From NCBI GenBank assembly GCA_028534125.1, contig CM052817.1:11844001-11908000 (forward strand): a DNA stretch of 64,000 nt, written 5' to 3'. Made by a program: the position numbers and the translations under genes. The notes under the pieces are model-generated. The model was not told the DNA's origin. It saw only the letters and a list, made by a program, of their open reading frames with translations, and did not search any database. Every line of letters starts with the position of its first letter. Positions within the stretch are counted from its first letter, which is position 1. This DNA comes from Lama glama (taxonomy: Eukaryota). Positions 1-13,959 of the stretch are shown piece after piece.

Positions 1-124
1 TAAAATTATCAAAGTGCTAATACCAAGACAATAATACAAAACATGCTGAATCTAAACTTAGCAATAAAAATCAATTGGATTCATTAATAAACAACTAGAA
101 ATGTAAAAGAATACCATTTATAAA

Positions 125-2160
125 AGCCACAAAAACCTGCATGTGAGTGTTTACAGCTGCTTTATTCACAATAATCAGAAACTGGAAACAATGAAGATGT
201 CCTTCATAGGTAAACAGATGAAAAGATTGTGATAGATTCATAAAAAGATGAGTATTCCACGTTAAGAAATGAGTGAGCAAGCAACAATAAGATATGAATG
301 AATCTTAATAACATATTGCTAAGTGAAAAAACCAGTCTGGAAAAGCTACATGCTGAATGATTTTAGTTATATGATAATCTGGAAAGGGCAAAACTATAAA
401 GATGGTACAAAGATCAATGATTGCTAAGAGTTTGAGAAGAGGATGGAGTGTTGAATGGGTGAAGCCCAGGGTATTTTTTAAGGTGGTGAAACTATTATGT
501 ATGATTCTATAGTAGATACATGACACTATGCATTTGTCAAAACCCACAGACCTGAACTGCAGATTAGTGAACCTAAATGTACGCACATTTAAAAATCATT
601 TAGGAGACTTGGAGATCCCATGATAAAATGCAGAATGTGGCAAAACAGAAAATAGTCTAAGTGTATTTCAAACTGTAAAACAACCTACTGAAGGGGTAAG
701 AAGGAAAGGCACTGACCTAAGTAACTTTAGAATTGAGTCCAGTCCATAAGATGAAAGGAAAAAGAAGCTGTACATGTACGCCATATTCTAGTTGATAAAA
801 TAGTTTATGACAGGGATACAGGTGAACAATTCTGGTACAGCTATACATTTATATTTGGAGTAAAGCAATGAAGTAAATGGTGGATGGTGATGGCCAGGAT
901 TTTCACTGTTGCAATGAGTGTTCACATGTAAGCATGAGTAGGAGGCTAGAATGATATACGTGGTAATGGATTAGAGTTGGAACACTAGTGTAAACTCATG
1001 TTTAGCTCCATATTGATACAGATGGCTACATATAGAAATACTTATAGCTATTGTATATGTACTAGTTATTACACACATGTATTTCTTTGCTTTGTGCCCT
1101 GAAAGAGTCTAGTGGCAACAATATCCCAGGAACAGTGAGCGCCCCTAGCTCCCAGATTTTTGTTTCTAATACCATTCTTCAACAAAAGGAGCTAGAACTC
1201 ATTAGTGAAGTGGCTAATTCTAGTTCTGAGGCAGGATATACACAAGATGAATTTGGAGCATCAGTGCCAGAAAGTTAGATTGTGCTCAAGATAAAAATCC
1301 CACAGTCATTGGAGTATGTCAGAGGGATCAAGAGCCAAATGAAAGAGTTCCCAGTGCCCAAAGCTGAAAACAATTAGAGGAGCAAGGAATAAAAATAATC
1401 GGTTTACAATACAGGTGTAAAATAAATAGCCATGAGTCCACACCAGTATAAATAAATGATTGAATTAATAAATAAATGAGGGAGAAGAGACAGATCGCCT
1501 ATGCAGAGGAGTTCCAAATAATTTATGTAGATATTTCACCCTCATAGATGTGGAACGTAACTCTCCACTTCTTAAGTGGGGCAGTGCTTAGTGACTTCCT
1601 TTCAAGAGTAATTTTGATTTGAGAAATCTAACAAATATTAACGAAGGCAGGTAATCAAACTTAACATCTGCTGGGTGAGGAAGTAGTAAGTCATGCTGAT
1701 AATGTATACTGGATGTGATGAAAACAGCGCTTTACTTCTGTGGTCTTATTCCCCAAAACATATAACCTCCTTCTAATCATGAAAAAATATCAGACAAATT
1801 CCAGTTGAAGGAGATTCTATAAAGTAGCTGATCAGTACTCCTCAAAACTGTCAAGGTTATAAAAGCAAGGAAAGGCTAAGAAATTGTCACAGACAAGAGG
1901 ATCTTAAGGAAACATGACTTCTAAATTAATGTATCTTGGATGAAATAGAAAAATAACATTAAGTAAAAAACCAAGGAAATCTGAAAAAAAGGCATAAACT
2001 TTAGTTAGTGATAATGCATTAATATTGGTTCATTAATTGTAACAAATGTACCACAGTAATGTAAGATATTAGTAACAGTGGAAACATTATAGAGATATAT
2101 GGGAACTCTGTACTAATTTTCTTAAAAATCTAAAGCTATTCTAAAATAAAGCATTTAGTA
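125..2160 (+). mobile_element. Old LINE-1 3' end (ORF2 C-terminus and long 3'UTR, L1MC/L1MD-like)
   Basis: Motifs gtttacagctgctttattcacaata…aaactggaaacaa, ctggaaagggcaaaactata, gatacatgacactatgcatttgtcaaaaccca and terminus gggaactctgtacta…aaatctaaagctattctaaaataaag match L1MC/MD 3' ends. Confidence 0.85.
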
Positions 2161-3589
2161 AAACATAAAGTTAGTGGTTTTCTCCCCACTATCCTGAGAC
2201 CTTTTACTTGCTAGCTTATGTTCACTGAGTGTGAATCCTGATATCGTTATCCAGAAGCTTCTTTTTAATGCTTTTCCTTTTTCGGTGGACTCTTGGGAGT
2301 TTCTATTAATTTCAGAATATCAAGGGCAGGATAGCTCTCTTAAAGCTTTTGGTAAACTATTTTTGGAAGAAAGATAAGAACTAGGGCCTATGAATGGAAG
2401 CTAAAGGGAGATAGACTTTGGTCCTTTGGAAGAAAATACTAGTGATTAAATGGGATGCAGATGAAATGGCCTGACTGAAGTTGACTTCTCATGTCTGGAA
2501 ATTGTTTAAACAGAGACCTCTTTTAGATCTAGTATATGTGAAGGAGTAGATGAGATGCTAAATAGTAAGGTTGGAATAGTCTTTTTTACTGTAGTATTCT
2601 GGGTCCCTACTGAGTTAACAATCTGCTCCTGCAACCCAGGCTGACTTCTCATTCACTCATTTATTCATCCAGCGAATATTTGTGAACCACGTGCCAAATG
2701 GCTGATCCTTCCCCAAGCCTTAGGTATGCAGCATTGAATAAATAGAATGATCCCTTTCCCTAGTCCACTGAAACCAAAGCTTCTTTCTGTGGAATACATG
2801 AGGGATAGTTCATAAAAGCTCTTTGTCAGCTAGTTTCAAAGACCACTCCTTTTGTCTTTGGTGCAGAAACATCCAAAAGGAATAAAATCCAAAGAGTTAT
2901 TGACTGTAAAGTCCATGCAGATGCTTCAAGGACATCCTTTACTCTTATTAAACATTTTTTGGGGTTGGGGCAGGAGGAATCTGGTTTTGTTGGGCAGTAC
3001 CTTCTTCCTGTGCCTAACCCAGGACATCATTCTCCCCAAGATAGATCTAAGAACCTAACAACGGCTGTGCTGAAGACAAAAATGTGTATAATTTAAAGGG
3101 AAGTGGGTCATTTAAAATTCTCATCTTCCTTGTGCCTATAAAGTTCATGCAATTTAGGGAAGATCATTCCTTTTAGTTCTGTTTTGGGGATAATAATTCT
3201 CCTTTGCAAGTAACCACAGATGTTCTCAAATGAAACTGTTATGTAAAGTTCAAAAGGATGCAGGGTATTTCAAGAGTTTTGCTTATTCATTAATTTAGAG
3301 GTCCAAAAGAGGTCAACCCATCTAAAAAAAAGGTGGCAACATTTTATCTAGTGCCTACTATGTAAACTTTTTATTTATGATTTAATTCACTACCTGTAAC
3401 AATCCTTAGAGGCTCAAAGAGTTTAAATAATTTACTCATTTACTGAACTGTTAAGTGGAGGAGCTAGGCATCAAGCCCATTTGAATCCTGAGTTCTTGCC
3501 TCCCAACCAGATTTCTGAGTTTGATGAAAGACATCAGGAACTCTTTCACAAGGTTCTCTTGGCGTTCTAAGACAGATGAACTTGTTTTC

Positions 3590-3930
3590 TCTACAGGTAT
3601 TTCTTAGGACATCTTTCTGCTAGATGATTGGGGCACATTCCTGAATAAAATAGACATGGTTCTTGTAGTATGGAGCTTAGAACACTGTGGGAGAGCCAAA
3701 CAGTAAACAAGTAAACAAATTTAATAAAACTATGTAATAATAAATTATGAGATAAGGGCTTCAAGTAAGCTGAACAAGATGTTATGATAGAAATCAATGA
3801 GGATGGGGAGAAGGTTTCACTTAAAGAAATTGATTGGTTAAAGTCCCTCTGGGCAATGGTGTAAACTGGTATTTAAGGATGAGCAATTGTCAGCTGTGAA
3901 AGGTCAGGGACAGAGTATTGTAGGAATAAA
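3590..3930 (-). mobile_element. L2 LINE 3' region fragment
   Basis: gaataaaatagacatggttcttg…atggagcttag…aaacagtaaacaagtaaac pattern typical of antisense L2. Confidence 0.6.
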
Positions 3931-3944
3931 TGCAAGACCAAATG

Positions 3945-6900
3945 TGTTTAACATTTAATTCTGTAGTATATTTTGAGTTAAATTTTGTATGAGATATGAG
4001 ACTTAGGCTGATGTTCATTTTTTCCCCCTATGGATGACCAGTTGTTCCAGTACTGTTTACTGAAAAGACTACCTTCCCTCTGTTGAATTGCTTTTGCACC
4101 TTTGTCAAGTCAGTTGGACTGATTTCTGGGTGTCGTGTTGGATTGATCTATGAGTCTACACCCTCACCCATACCGCACGGTCTTGACTGCCAAAGCTACA
4201 CAGTAAGCTGGGGTAGCTTGATATTGGGTAGACTGATTCCTTCCAATTTGTTCTTTTTCAAAATTATTTCAGTTATTCTATTTCCTTTGCCTTTTCATAT
4301 ACACTTTTGAATAATCTTATCTATATCTACACAAAGTATTGCTTGGATTTTAGTAGGAAATGTGTTAAATTTACTTATCAATTTGAAGGAGAACTGACAC
4401 ATTTGTTATATTGAATATTCCAATGCAGTAACGCAGTATTTCACCCCATTTATTTAGATCTTTGATTTCTTTCATCAACGTTTTGTAATTTTCAGCAAAT
4501 CCTATACTTTTTTTATTAGATATACATCTAAGTATTTCCTTCTTTTTGAGCAATTATAAATGATATTGTATTTAAAATTTTGGTCTCTATACTTTTATTG
4601 CTTTTGTATAGAAGTACAATTGATTTTCGTAAGTTTATCTTTTATCCTGCAACCTTGCTGAACTCATTTGTTACTTCTAGGAGTACATTTATAGACTCCT
4701 TAGATTTTCTACATGGGCAATCGTGTCATTGGAAATAGGGATTATTTTATTCTTCCTTTCTCATGTGTATAAATTATACTTTTTTGGTTTAATGTGCAGG
4801 CTAGAACTTCCAGCACTATGTTGATTAAAGATAGTGAGAGCAAACTTCCTTGCCTTGTCCCCTAATCGTAATGAAAAGCATTCAGTCTTTTACCATTAAG
4901 TATAATGTTTGCTGTAGCAGGTTTTCTGTAGATGTGCTTTATCAAGTTAGAGAAGTTTCCTTTTATTTTTCTGAGAGTTTTTTGAATAAATGGGTATTGA
5001 ATTTTGTCAAATGCTTTTTTCTGAATTGATTAGTGTGATCATGACTTTCTTTTACCTATTAATATGGTAGATTAAATTGATTGATTTTTCAATGTTAAAC
5101 CAGCCTTGTACCCTTCAAATAAATCCCATGTGATCATTATTTTTTTTATTGCTAAATACTATTTGCTAATATTTTGTTAAGAATTTTTGCATCTGTATTC
5201 CTGAAGGATGCTAGTCTATAGTTTTAATTTTTGAGACACTCTGGTTTTGGTATCAGAGAATGCTTGATACCAAACACTTCATAAAACGCGAGTGTTCTTT
5301 TCTATTTTCTGTTAGAGATTGTGTAAAATGCTTGCTAATTTTTTTCAGTGAGATAATTTGGGCCTGGAGATTTGTTTTATGATAGTTTCTAAATTATGAA
5401 TTTAATGTCCTTAGTATTTAGAAATATTTAATGTTGGGTGAGATGTGGTAGATTGTGTATGGGGTTTTTTTTGGAGGACTTAGTATATTTTATGTAAGTA
5501 TTAATGTCATATATGTAGAATTATTATTGTATTCCCTTATCCTTTCGTTGTCTGAAGGATCTATCATGATATTATCGGTTTCATTTTTGATTTTGATAAT
5601 TTGTGTCAACTTCCTTTTTTGTTTGATGGTCTTTGTATCATTTATTTTCTCTTTTGCCTGTTTTCAGTGTCCTTGATTTCTACTGTTGTCTTTATTGTTC
5701 TCTTCTTTCTGTTTTCTCTAGATTTATTTTGCTTTTCCTTTTCTAGGTCCTTAAGGTAAATTGCTTAGGCTATTGATTTAAGACTTTCTCTCTTTTCTAA
5801 CATATGAATTTAATGCCATAAATTTCTCAGCACTAGTTTTATGCTTCACAAATTTTAGTACACTATATTTTAATTTTTATTCTATTCAGTGTACTTTTTA
5901 TTTCCCTTGAGACTTCCTCTTTGATCCATGGATTATTTAGAATCATTTTATTTAGTTTTTGAGTCTTTGAAGATTTTCATTTCTTTCCTCTTTTATTGAT
6001 TTTTTAATTTGATTCCATTATGGTCAGTGAACACACACTATATGATTTCAGTGCCTTTAACTTTATTGCCAAGATGTGATCTATCTTGGCGTATGTTCTA
6101 TGATCACCTGAAAATAATGCATATTCTTTTGTTGTTGGGTGGAGTGCTTTATAAATGCTGATTAGATCTTGTTAGTTGGTGGTGTTGAGTTGTATATGCT
6201 TACTGATTTTCTGTAGAGTTGTTCTCTCAGTTGTTGAAAGGAGTGTTGAAGACTCCAACTATGCTTATAGATTTTTCTATGTGTCTTTTCAATTTTATCA
6301 GTTTTTGCTTCACATAATTTGCAGCTATGTTGTTTGGTGCATACACATTTAGGATTGCTATATCTTCTTGGTGTATTGACTCTTTTATCATTGTATAATG
6401 TCCCTCTCTGTTAATTTTCCTTTTTCTGAAGTTTAACTTACATGATATTAACATAGCAAATCCTACTCTTCTTTGATTAATGTTTGCATATTTTTTGATT
6501 ATTTTACTTTCAACCACTCTATATCTTTATATTTGAATTGAATTCTTTGTACATAGTATATAGTTTGGTCATATTTTAAAATATGGCCTGTTAATCTGTC
6601 ATTTTATTTTTGTATTTAGATCATTTTTGTTTACTATAATTATTGATATTTTAGATATTAAGCCTGACATTTGTTTTTATTTTTTCTCTCTGTTTTTGGT
6701 TTCTCTGTTTTCTTTTTCCTGGTTTCTTATAGGTTACTTGGAACAATTTTTAGAATTTATTTTGATTTATCTATAGTGTTTTTAAATATATCTCTTTGTA
6801 TAGTTTTGTAGTGGTTGATCTGAGTATTATATAGACACAGTTTATCAGAGTCTACTGTTGTGATCATTTAACTAGTCTGAGTGAAGTATAGAAACCTTAC

Positions 6901-8520
6901 CTCCCTTTATGTCCCTTCACTCTCTCCTTTATGATATAATTGTCTTAAATAATTCCTATACATATATTTGGGACTACATTAGTGTTATATTTTTTGCTTG
7001 AAAGAACAAATATAATTTAGAAAGGTAAAAAAAAAAGAGGGAAAGTCTATTGTATTTACCTATGTTTTTATTTATTATTTTTTCCCACTTTCCTTCCTAC
7101 CATTCCTTTTTGCCTGTCATTCCCTTTTTCCTTTTCAATGTTCCAAGTTATTCTTTAATAATTTTCCTTCTGTTTAGGGAATTTCTTTAACAATTTTATT
7201 AGGGTAGGTCAGCTGCCAACAAATTACCTTAATCTTTCTTAATCTGAGAATGTTTTGATTTCCCCTGTATCCTCAAAGTATATTATGCTGTATATAGGAT
7301 TCTGGTTTGACAGTTTTATATTTTAGCCTTTGAAAAATGCTATACCATGTCCTTCTGGCTTTCATGGTTTCTGATGAAAAATCTGTCATCTTTTAAACTT
7401 CTTTCTCCTTATAAGTAAAATTTCATTTCTTTCTTGCTGCTTTCAAATCTTTTTCTGTGTCTTTAACTTTTGGAATTTTGACTTTTATGTGTATTAGTGA
7501 GATTTATTTGAATTTGTCTTCTTTGGAATTTCCTTAACTTCTTGAATCTGTAGGTTAGAGACATTTTCCAAATTTAGGATGTTTCAGCCATTACTTTTCC
7601 AAGTATTTTTTCAGTCCTGCTCTCTTTTTTCTCTCCTTCTTGGACTCTGGTGACAAATGTTAGATATTTTGTCATAGTCCAAAAGGGCTGTGAGGCTCTG
7701 TTCATTTTCTTTCCCTCTATTGTTTAGATTCTATCTTCAATTTCACTGATTCTTTCCTCTGCCACTTCATTCTGCTACTGAGCTCACCCACTCAGGTTTT
7801 TTTTTTTTTTTAATATTGATCATTGTATTTTTTTTTTTTTGGTTTTAAAATTTTAATGTGGTTCTTCTATATATTCTATTTTTTACTGAGATCATTTTTC
7901 ATTTGTTTGAAGAATATTCATAATTGCTCATTGAAGCTTTTTTTTTTTTACCATGACTGCTTCAAAATATTTATTAGATAATTCTAGCATCTTTGTCTTC
8001 TCAGGGTTAGTACGTATTGATTGTCTTTTTCATTCAGTTAGAGGTCTTCTTGGTTCTTGGTATAAATAGTTATTTTGGATTGAAACCTGGGCATTTTGTA
8101 TATTATGTTATGAGACTCTGGATCTTATTTAAGGCCCTACTTTAGCTGGTTTTATTGTATACTTATTTGGAAAGGAAAGGGCAGAGATGCTTAATTACTG
8201 TGAGGTGATGGTAGAATTCCAGGTTCCTATTGATACATCTGAAGATGAGGACTCCTAATTACTGCTGGCTGGGGTGGGAGTTCTGGTTCTTCATTAGGCC
8301 TCCATTGATGTCTTGCTGACTTGGAGGGTCTGGAGTGGCCTGTTACTAATCCCCATGGTGAGGGTAACTTCATAGCTGGGTTATGATTAAAATCTTGACT
8401 GTTCACTAGGTCTCTTCAGACACCCACCCCAGTGGCAAGGGAGAGGAATGCCTTTTTACTGTGGAATGGGGATGGGAATCCAAACTTCCCACTGATACTA
8501 AAGTGGGGCTTGGGTAACCA
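3945..8520 (-). mobile_element. Old LINE-1 (L1M), antisense: 5' region, ORF1 and ORF2 endonuclease/RT remnants
   Basis: ORF 6227-6517 reads REGHYTMIKESIHQEDIAILNVYAPNN…SIVGVFNTP (L1 APE endonuclease). ORF 4371-4553 ENYKTLMKEIKDLNKW is L1 ORF2. T-rich plus strand throughout; heavily frameshifted. Confidence 0.9.
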
Positions 8521-8526
8521 CCTAAG

Positions 8527-8648
8527 AGGTCCATATGCAAAAATGAACTTTGATTCATACATACCTCACAACATAGATCAAAATTAACTCAAAATGGATC
8601 AAAGACTTAAATGTAAAAACTAAAATCATAAAATTTCTAGAAGAAAAG
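8527..8648 (+). mobile_element. LINE-1 ORF2 fragment, sense
   Basis: aaaattaactcaaaatggatcaaagacttaaatgtaaaa…aaaatttctagaagaaaa encodes the KINSKWIKDLNVK…LEE segment of ORF2. Confidence 0.85.
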
Positions 8649-8649
8649 T

Positions 8650-8835
8650 GATGCAGTTTGTTTATGGCACTTATCCCTATCTAAAATTGCCTAATTATCT
8701 ATTTGCATGCTTACTTACCTATTAATGTTTTACTTATTATTAACTATCTCTTCCCTAGTAAAATGTACATTCCATATCTAATAAAACATTTCAAACAGGA
8801 AGCCTTCAATAAATTTCTTAAGGTGAATGAATGGG
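8650..8835 (+). mobile_element. L2 3' terminus
   Basis: Ends ccttcaataaatttcttaaggtgaatgaatg, an L2 tail. Confidence 0.55.
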
Positions 8836-9839
8836 CCACAGATCAAAATTAGTCGTCTCCTAAAAAGCAATGGTGTGTGCAGATGTAGCAAACTGGAGCT
8901 GATGGGGGTTAAAAAAAATGGCATTCTCAGTCAAAATTTGCATTTAAATTATTTGTTCAAAACTTAGTGGCTTTAAAAAAACTAACTTTAATTGTGTAGA
9001 AAATCTTGTATGTACTATATATAGCATAAAGTGTTATTGTGGTAACAATAATATAATTTAAAAGGATTTTTCTGACTCTAATGTATTCTAAGATTATATT
9101 CTTTCTCAAAGGCACAAGTAGCAAACCCAGATGCTTCAATGTTGGTGGCTCTCAAATCACTCAATATTCAATTTTTAGCTTTAAAAATACAATGTCAGAA
9201 GGTTTAACACTAAATAAATTTGTCAGATTCTTGGTTTTCTATGGCTTTGCAATCAACTGGCTTTATTCTTGTTCTAGTGTATTTAGTTTACCTCCGAGAT
9301 ATTATCAGTTTGACCAACCATTTACACCATTACATTGGTGTTTGTAAGCTTGGCATGTGTTTGTCTGTGTATCCTCTCTCATCAGAAAAATTTCTTCTAG
9401 TTAGCTGAGGCAGGATTTCTAACTATATAAGACAACAACATTGACTGGAATGCCAATGGGGCAATAATTTTTGCAAATGAGTGCTAATTGTATAGTAATA
9501 TTGTTCTGCTATAGTGGGATCATGAAATATGTTTTCTCTCTCTAAACTACTGTGTTTAATTAACAGTAATTGCTTCTCTCTTTTTGGTCTCTTACTTCCC
9601 CCTCCACACCTTACATTTATTTTAAGATAAAAAGTTAGCACAATAAGATCCTTTTCTCTCATATCCCAATTCTTCTTACTGAGGCCAGGAAATGATTATG
9701 TGTACAGGAACTCAGTAAGCAGAAGGGAGCCATTTTGTGATCATTTTCCTTTTGTTCTTAATGATTAATGAAGCATTCCTTTGAAGAAAATGTAATCTTA
9801 GAGTATGCTAGAGTCAGAAAAAACCTTTTAAATTATATT

Positions 9840-10030
9840 ATTATTACCGCAGTTATACTTTGTGCTATATATAGTACATACATTTACTGCATTTAATACT
9901 CACACCAATTTGTACTAGAATTACCCTCATTTTACAGAAGAGGATATAGAAGCTCAGAGGGGTTAACCTTGCCCAAGGTTATACTGTGCATGTACATTTG
10001 AACTTTATCTCCCTAGTCCCAAATTCCACA
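9840..10030 (-). mobile_element. MIR SINE
   Basis: ctcattttacagaagagg…gaagctcagagggg ttaaccttgcccaaggt is the antisense MIR core. Confidence 0.75.
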
Positions 10031-11849
10031 GTTTCATTGTACTATACCACTTCACCAATCCCTACCCTTTCCTTAAAAATATGGGGAGCAGAGACATGGA
10101 TATGGAGGCTGAGTTATTCAAGGCCACAGAAATATTTCATTTATGTATTTATTTAATGAATGTTTAATAAAAACACTCTTTGCAATGGATGGTGCTAATC
10201 ACTGAAATGTATGTAGGCAAAAAGGAATAAGTTATAGTCTTGTTCTCCCTGTCTAAACAGTAATTTATAATTTTACTGGGGGAGGTGAATACCTACAAAA
10301 TTAGGGAAAGGAAATGAATAAAGTGGGAGGAGTGGAGAAATTCCGGGTGTGGGCTGCGTACAATAGTAACCCAACTTTCAAAATGAGAAAAGTGGGCCAT
10401 TGTGTGTTACGTGATTAAATGCCGATCACAATGGTGTCACTGTGGCAGTCTTAAAAGTCACCCCAGGTTGAGGTCAGCTAAGACTGCAGACAAAAGGGTT
10501 TATTATTGTATCTGTTCTTAGTAGCCCAGTTGGCTGTAAAAGCAAAATAGTGTAGGGGCAATTAATTCCAAGACTAGCACCCAAACCCAGGCCCCTAATA
10601 GTCAGTTCTGCACTTTTCCCCATTTGCTTCCTTGTTGCAAGAAATAGGACTCAAAACATTAGTTAGCAGGCAACTCTAACCTTAATAAGAACTTGAGAAA
10701 GCATTAGACATATTCTTCAAATCATGCCAAGGAAAATCTACAAAATTGTTCATTATTTAAAGGCATGCGAAAATACCTTTGTGGGTAGCAAAATAATAGA
10801 GGTGTTTCCTCTGGAGGGATATTGGTAACCACACTCATCTCTAATAACGTTTGCTGAGCAAAACTGTTTTATCTTTCAGATTACAAACCATTTTATCCTA
10901 GTGGAAAGAATAAAAAAAATTAGGTATCATAGCAAAAAAGTGTTAAGACACAATTCTGAAGGGAGATTTTTTTTTTAAATTAGGAGTTTAATTCTATCCA
11001 TCAAACCCACTTTCCAACCTTCAGATGCTTTGCTGTATGCATGTTTCTCTGCGCAGCTATACTTGATTCTGTACAAGTATTCAAACAGCTCAATTTTTAA
11101 TTATTTTAAGAGCCAATTCTTTTGGCTCCAAATCTCATGCTCTACCCACTTTACCCCATTGTCTCATCTCATAACTGAGTAGGAGTTCTGCCCACTTTTC
11201 ACATTCCATCTTTGTGGGTCTACTGAAGGCAAAAGGATTTTTGTTGGAGCACAACTCTCTCCCAGGCTGGTTTGTTTGTGGTACTATATGCTATGGCCAA
11301 AAGGCTATTTTCCAACAAAAATCGATAAAGTGTTTGAAAAGTCAACCTTATGAATAATTCCATTTTTTTTTTTTGGTGCTGATGGGGCTCGTGGCATTTC
11401 TGTGCAAAGTGTCAGTGGGTGACCTTACTTCCATTTCCTGCAAATTTATCTTGTCTACAGTATTTTGATCTTTTCAGCCTGAGTAGAAAAAAAAATCTTC
11501 ATAGCAAAACACGCTCTCACACTAGAGACCGATTTGATTTCAGCTTCTTGTGAAGGTTTTTTTTCACCTCTGTATTGATGGAGGCCCTGTGTACTTTGTA
11601 TTCCTAGTTGGTATTTACAGGCAATTTTACAGTCCATGGTTAGCATGAAAAGTAGGTGATCTAGAGAAAATATTTTAAAAAAATTTTTGAAGTTAATGCT
11701 TCTGTAACATTATAAGATTTATAACAGAAGGAAATATTTACAGATTTAATCAAGAGGCAACACTGGAAGGTTTAGGGTAACTGGCAACCAAACATGTGTT
11801 CGGGTTTCCAGGCAGAGTCACTTGAAGGTTGGCCTGGAAAAGATTAGTG

Positions 11850-12010
11850 AAATTTGGGTCCCAGCTCTGCCATATACCAGCTGTGAGACCTTGAGCAAAT
11901 CACTTCATCTCTCTGTGCCAAGGGAAAATTTGAGCTATAAGCACAATCTTGTGGGTAGCTGAGTGATTCAGATGAGATGATAAATGTGAGAATAACTAGC
12001 TGACTATAAA
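11850..12010 (+). mobile_element. MIR SINE
   Basis: cccagctctgccatataccagctgtgagaccttgagcaaatcacttcatctctctgtgcc MIR core. Confidence 0.75.
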
Positions 12011-13167
12011 CTGCTTTGAAAATAAATAAGGCAAGATTAATAGTAAATTTAAATATAAGTATACCAGATGTATCCATATGAGACCTGAATAGAAGAGGTT
12101 AAGCATGCTAATAATGATGGTAGCTTCATCAGAGTAATAATATTGGAGTTGGATGTTATGGAGGAAGTAATAAAATGTGTCCCTTTGTTTTATTATTATT
12201 CCTTGTGAAATGAATCCTTTAAAAAGTGACATTTTCTTTTGTATGTGAATGACTTTATTTCTCTCCTGACTCAAACCTTGATTGTTCCTAAAGATGTGGC
12301 AGGGTGAAGACAAGCATGATTCTGAGGGCCTGAAGCAGAGGCAGGAAGAGGGGGAGAGTCGAGAGCAGGTGATGGGGAAGAGACAGTGGACCCAGGCCCC
12401 AGTGTTTTCATTATACCCAAGCAAACATAACTGACATCTCTCAAATGAACTTAAACATTAACAGAAAAGACAGGTGTTTCAATTTGATAAGCAGTAGAAC
12501 AGGTAAGTTAATTATTAACCTGAAAAGCCTTTTAATATTCTGAGCCATACCAACCCCCAGCAGTTAATTTATAGGCAACTTTACTGCCCCCTCATTGCAA
12601 TAATAATTAAAAAATACATATAACTTTGTAATTTTCAAAGCACTGTCACATGCTTATCTCACTTGTTTTTCACAACAGCACTGTAAGGTGGGCAAGGGGA
12701 GCAGGAAGTGGGCAGAGACTTGCCTGAAGTCACGTAGACGACAGATATCCTATTGGTGTTTCTGAAGAAAAACGATGTAATGGGTTTCTTGATCCAAGAA
12801 AGGTATAAGGATAGCATATACCTAAATATTTTTACTTGACCTTACTTTGCTTTCAAAGAAGTTGAAGTTCTAAGTTATAAAAATCATCACAGAAACAGCA
12901 GTGAAATTTTACAAACACAGTAGATTGAGAACTCAGAAAGTTTTATTACCAAATCCATTGACCTAGAATCTCAATTATAAATGGATTTACTGAAATTGCT
13001 GTGGCAGATATTTGCTTCCTCCAAATGAATCTTTCTTTCCTGCTTATTCTGAATCCAGCTTAATTCAGCAGTTCAAACATACTTAACTGAACATCCACTG
13101 TAGGTGAGGGAACACAGTAGGTTTTGTGGATTCACGATTGACTAGGTTTCGAGAGAAGACTCTGTAT

Positions 13168-13372
13168 CAGTGCTAACACAACTTTTTCCGATGATGACAA
13201 TCTGTTTATCTCTAGATCTGTGCTACCCAGCATGGTGGCCAGTAGATGCATGAGCCACTGAGTGCTTGACAGCTATAGTCCGGAGTAAGGAACTGAATTT
13301 TACATTTTTAAAAATTTTAATTTATTTAAATTTAGATTAAATAGCCACATGTGTCGTATTGAGCACTGTAGC
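13168..13372 (+). mobile_element. MER3 (hAT-Charlie) non-autonomous DNA transposon
   Basis: actttttccgatgatg…atctgtgctacccagcatggtggccagtag…aggaactgaattttacatt…aatagccacatgtg matches the MER3 layout. Confidence 0.75.
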
Positions 13373-13959
13373 TCTAGATCAAACTCATAAAGACTGCCCT
13401 GGTGATGTTTTCTATGGAAAGCCTTTGGGGAAATTTCATTTTTAGATACATTTTCTATGGAGCTGAGGGCACTGAAAAACCTTTTTCCCCACCTTTTTCT
13501 CCAACATACATATCTTTGTTTTTACTGTGTTATTGCAGTTCTCCTCCTCCTTACCCTCGCCCCACCCCCTCCCCCTCCTCCTCCGCCTCTTCCTTCTTCT
13601 TCTTCGCATCTGGTTTGAATGTCTGCTGATCTGGTTTGGCAGTGCGACCACAGTTGACTGCTCTGCTCTCTCCTCGTTAATTACCTGGGTTCAGAGCTTG
13701 GGGGTGGATCCTTTGCACTTCTTGGGAACTTCGTAAAGAAAGATTCTACTGAAATCTATCTTTTAACAGAACTTCATTGTTTACTTGATAGTTCTTCTTC
13801 TTTCGGTAATGGTTAATAACGTGATTTTATCAGTCTTTTTCTGATTCCTTTGTAAGCATCCTCCCTTTCTAACATGAGGACACAATGGCTGTTACAACAA
13901 TAAAGTCCATAATCTTACCTTTGGCCCCCTTGGTTTTGCATAGTTCGCTGTGTGACTAG

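Noticed and set aside
11996..12424. 142-aa minus-strand ORF
   Set aside because: Non-ATG start, composition typical of random AT-rich DNA, no recognisable domain.
13442..13651. Protamine-like poly-Arg ORF on the minus strand
   Set aside because: Arises from a purine-rich low-complexity tract; no Cys pattern or protamine gene structure.
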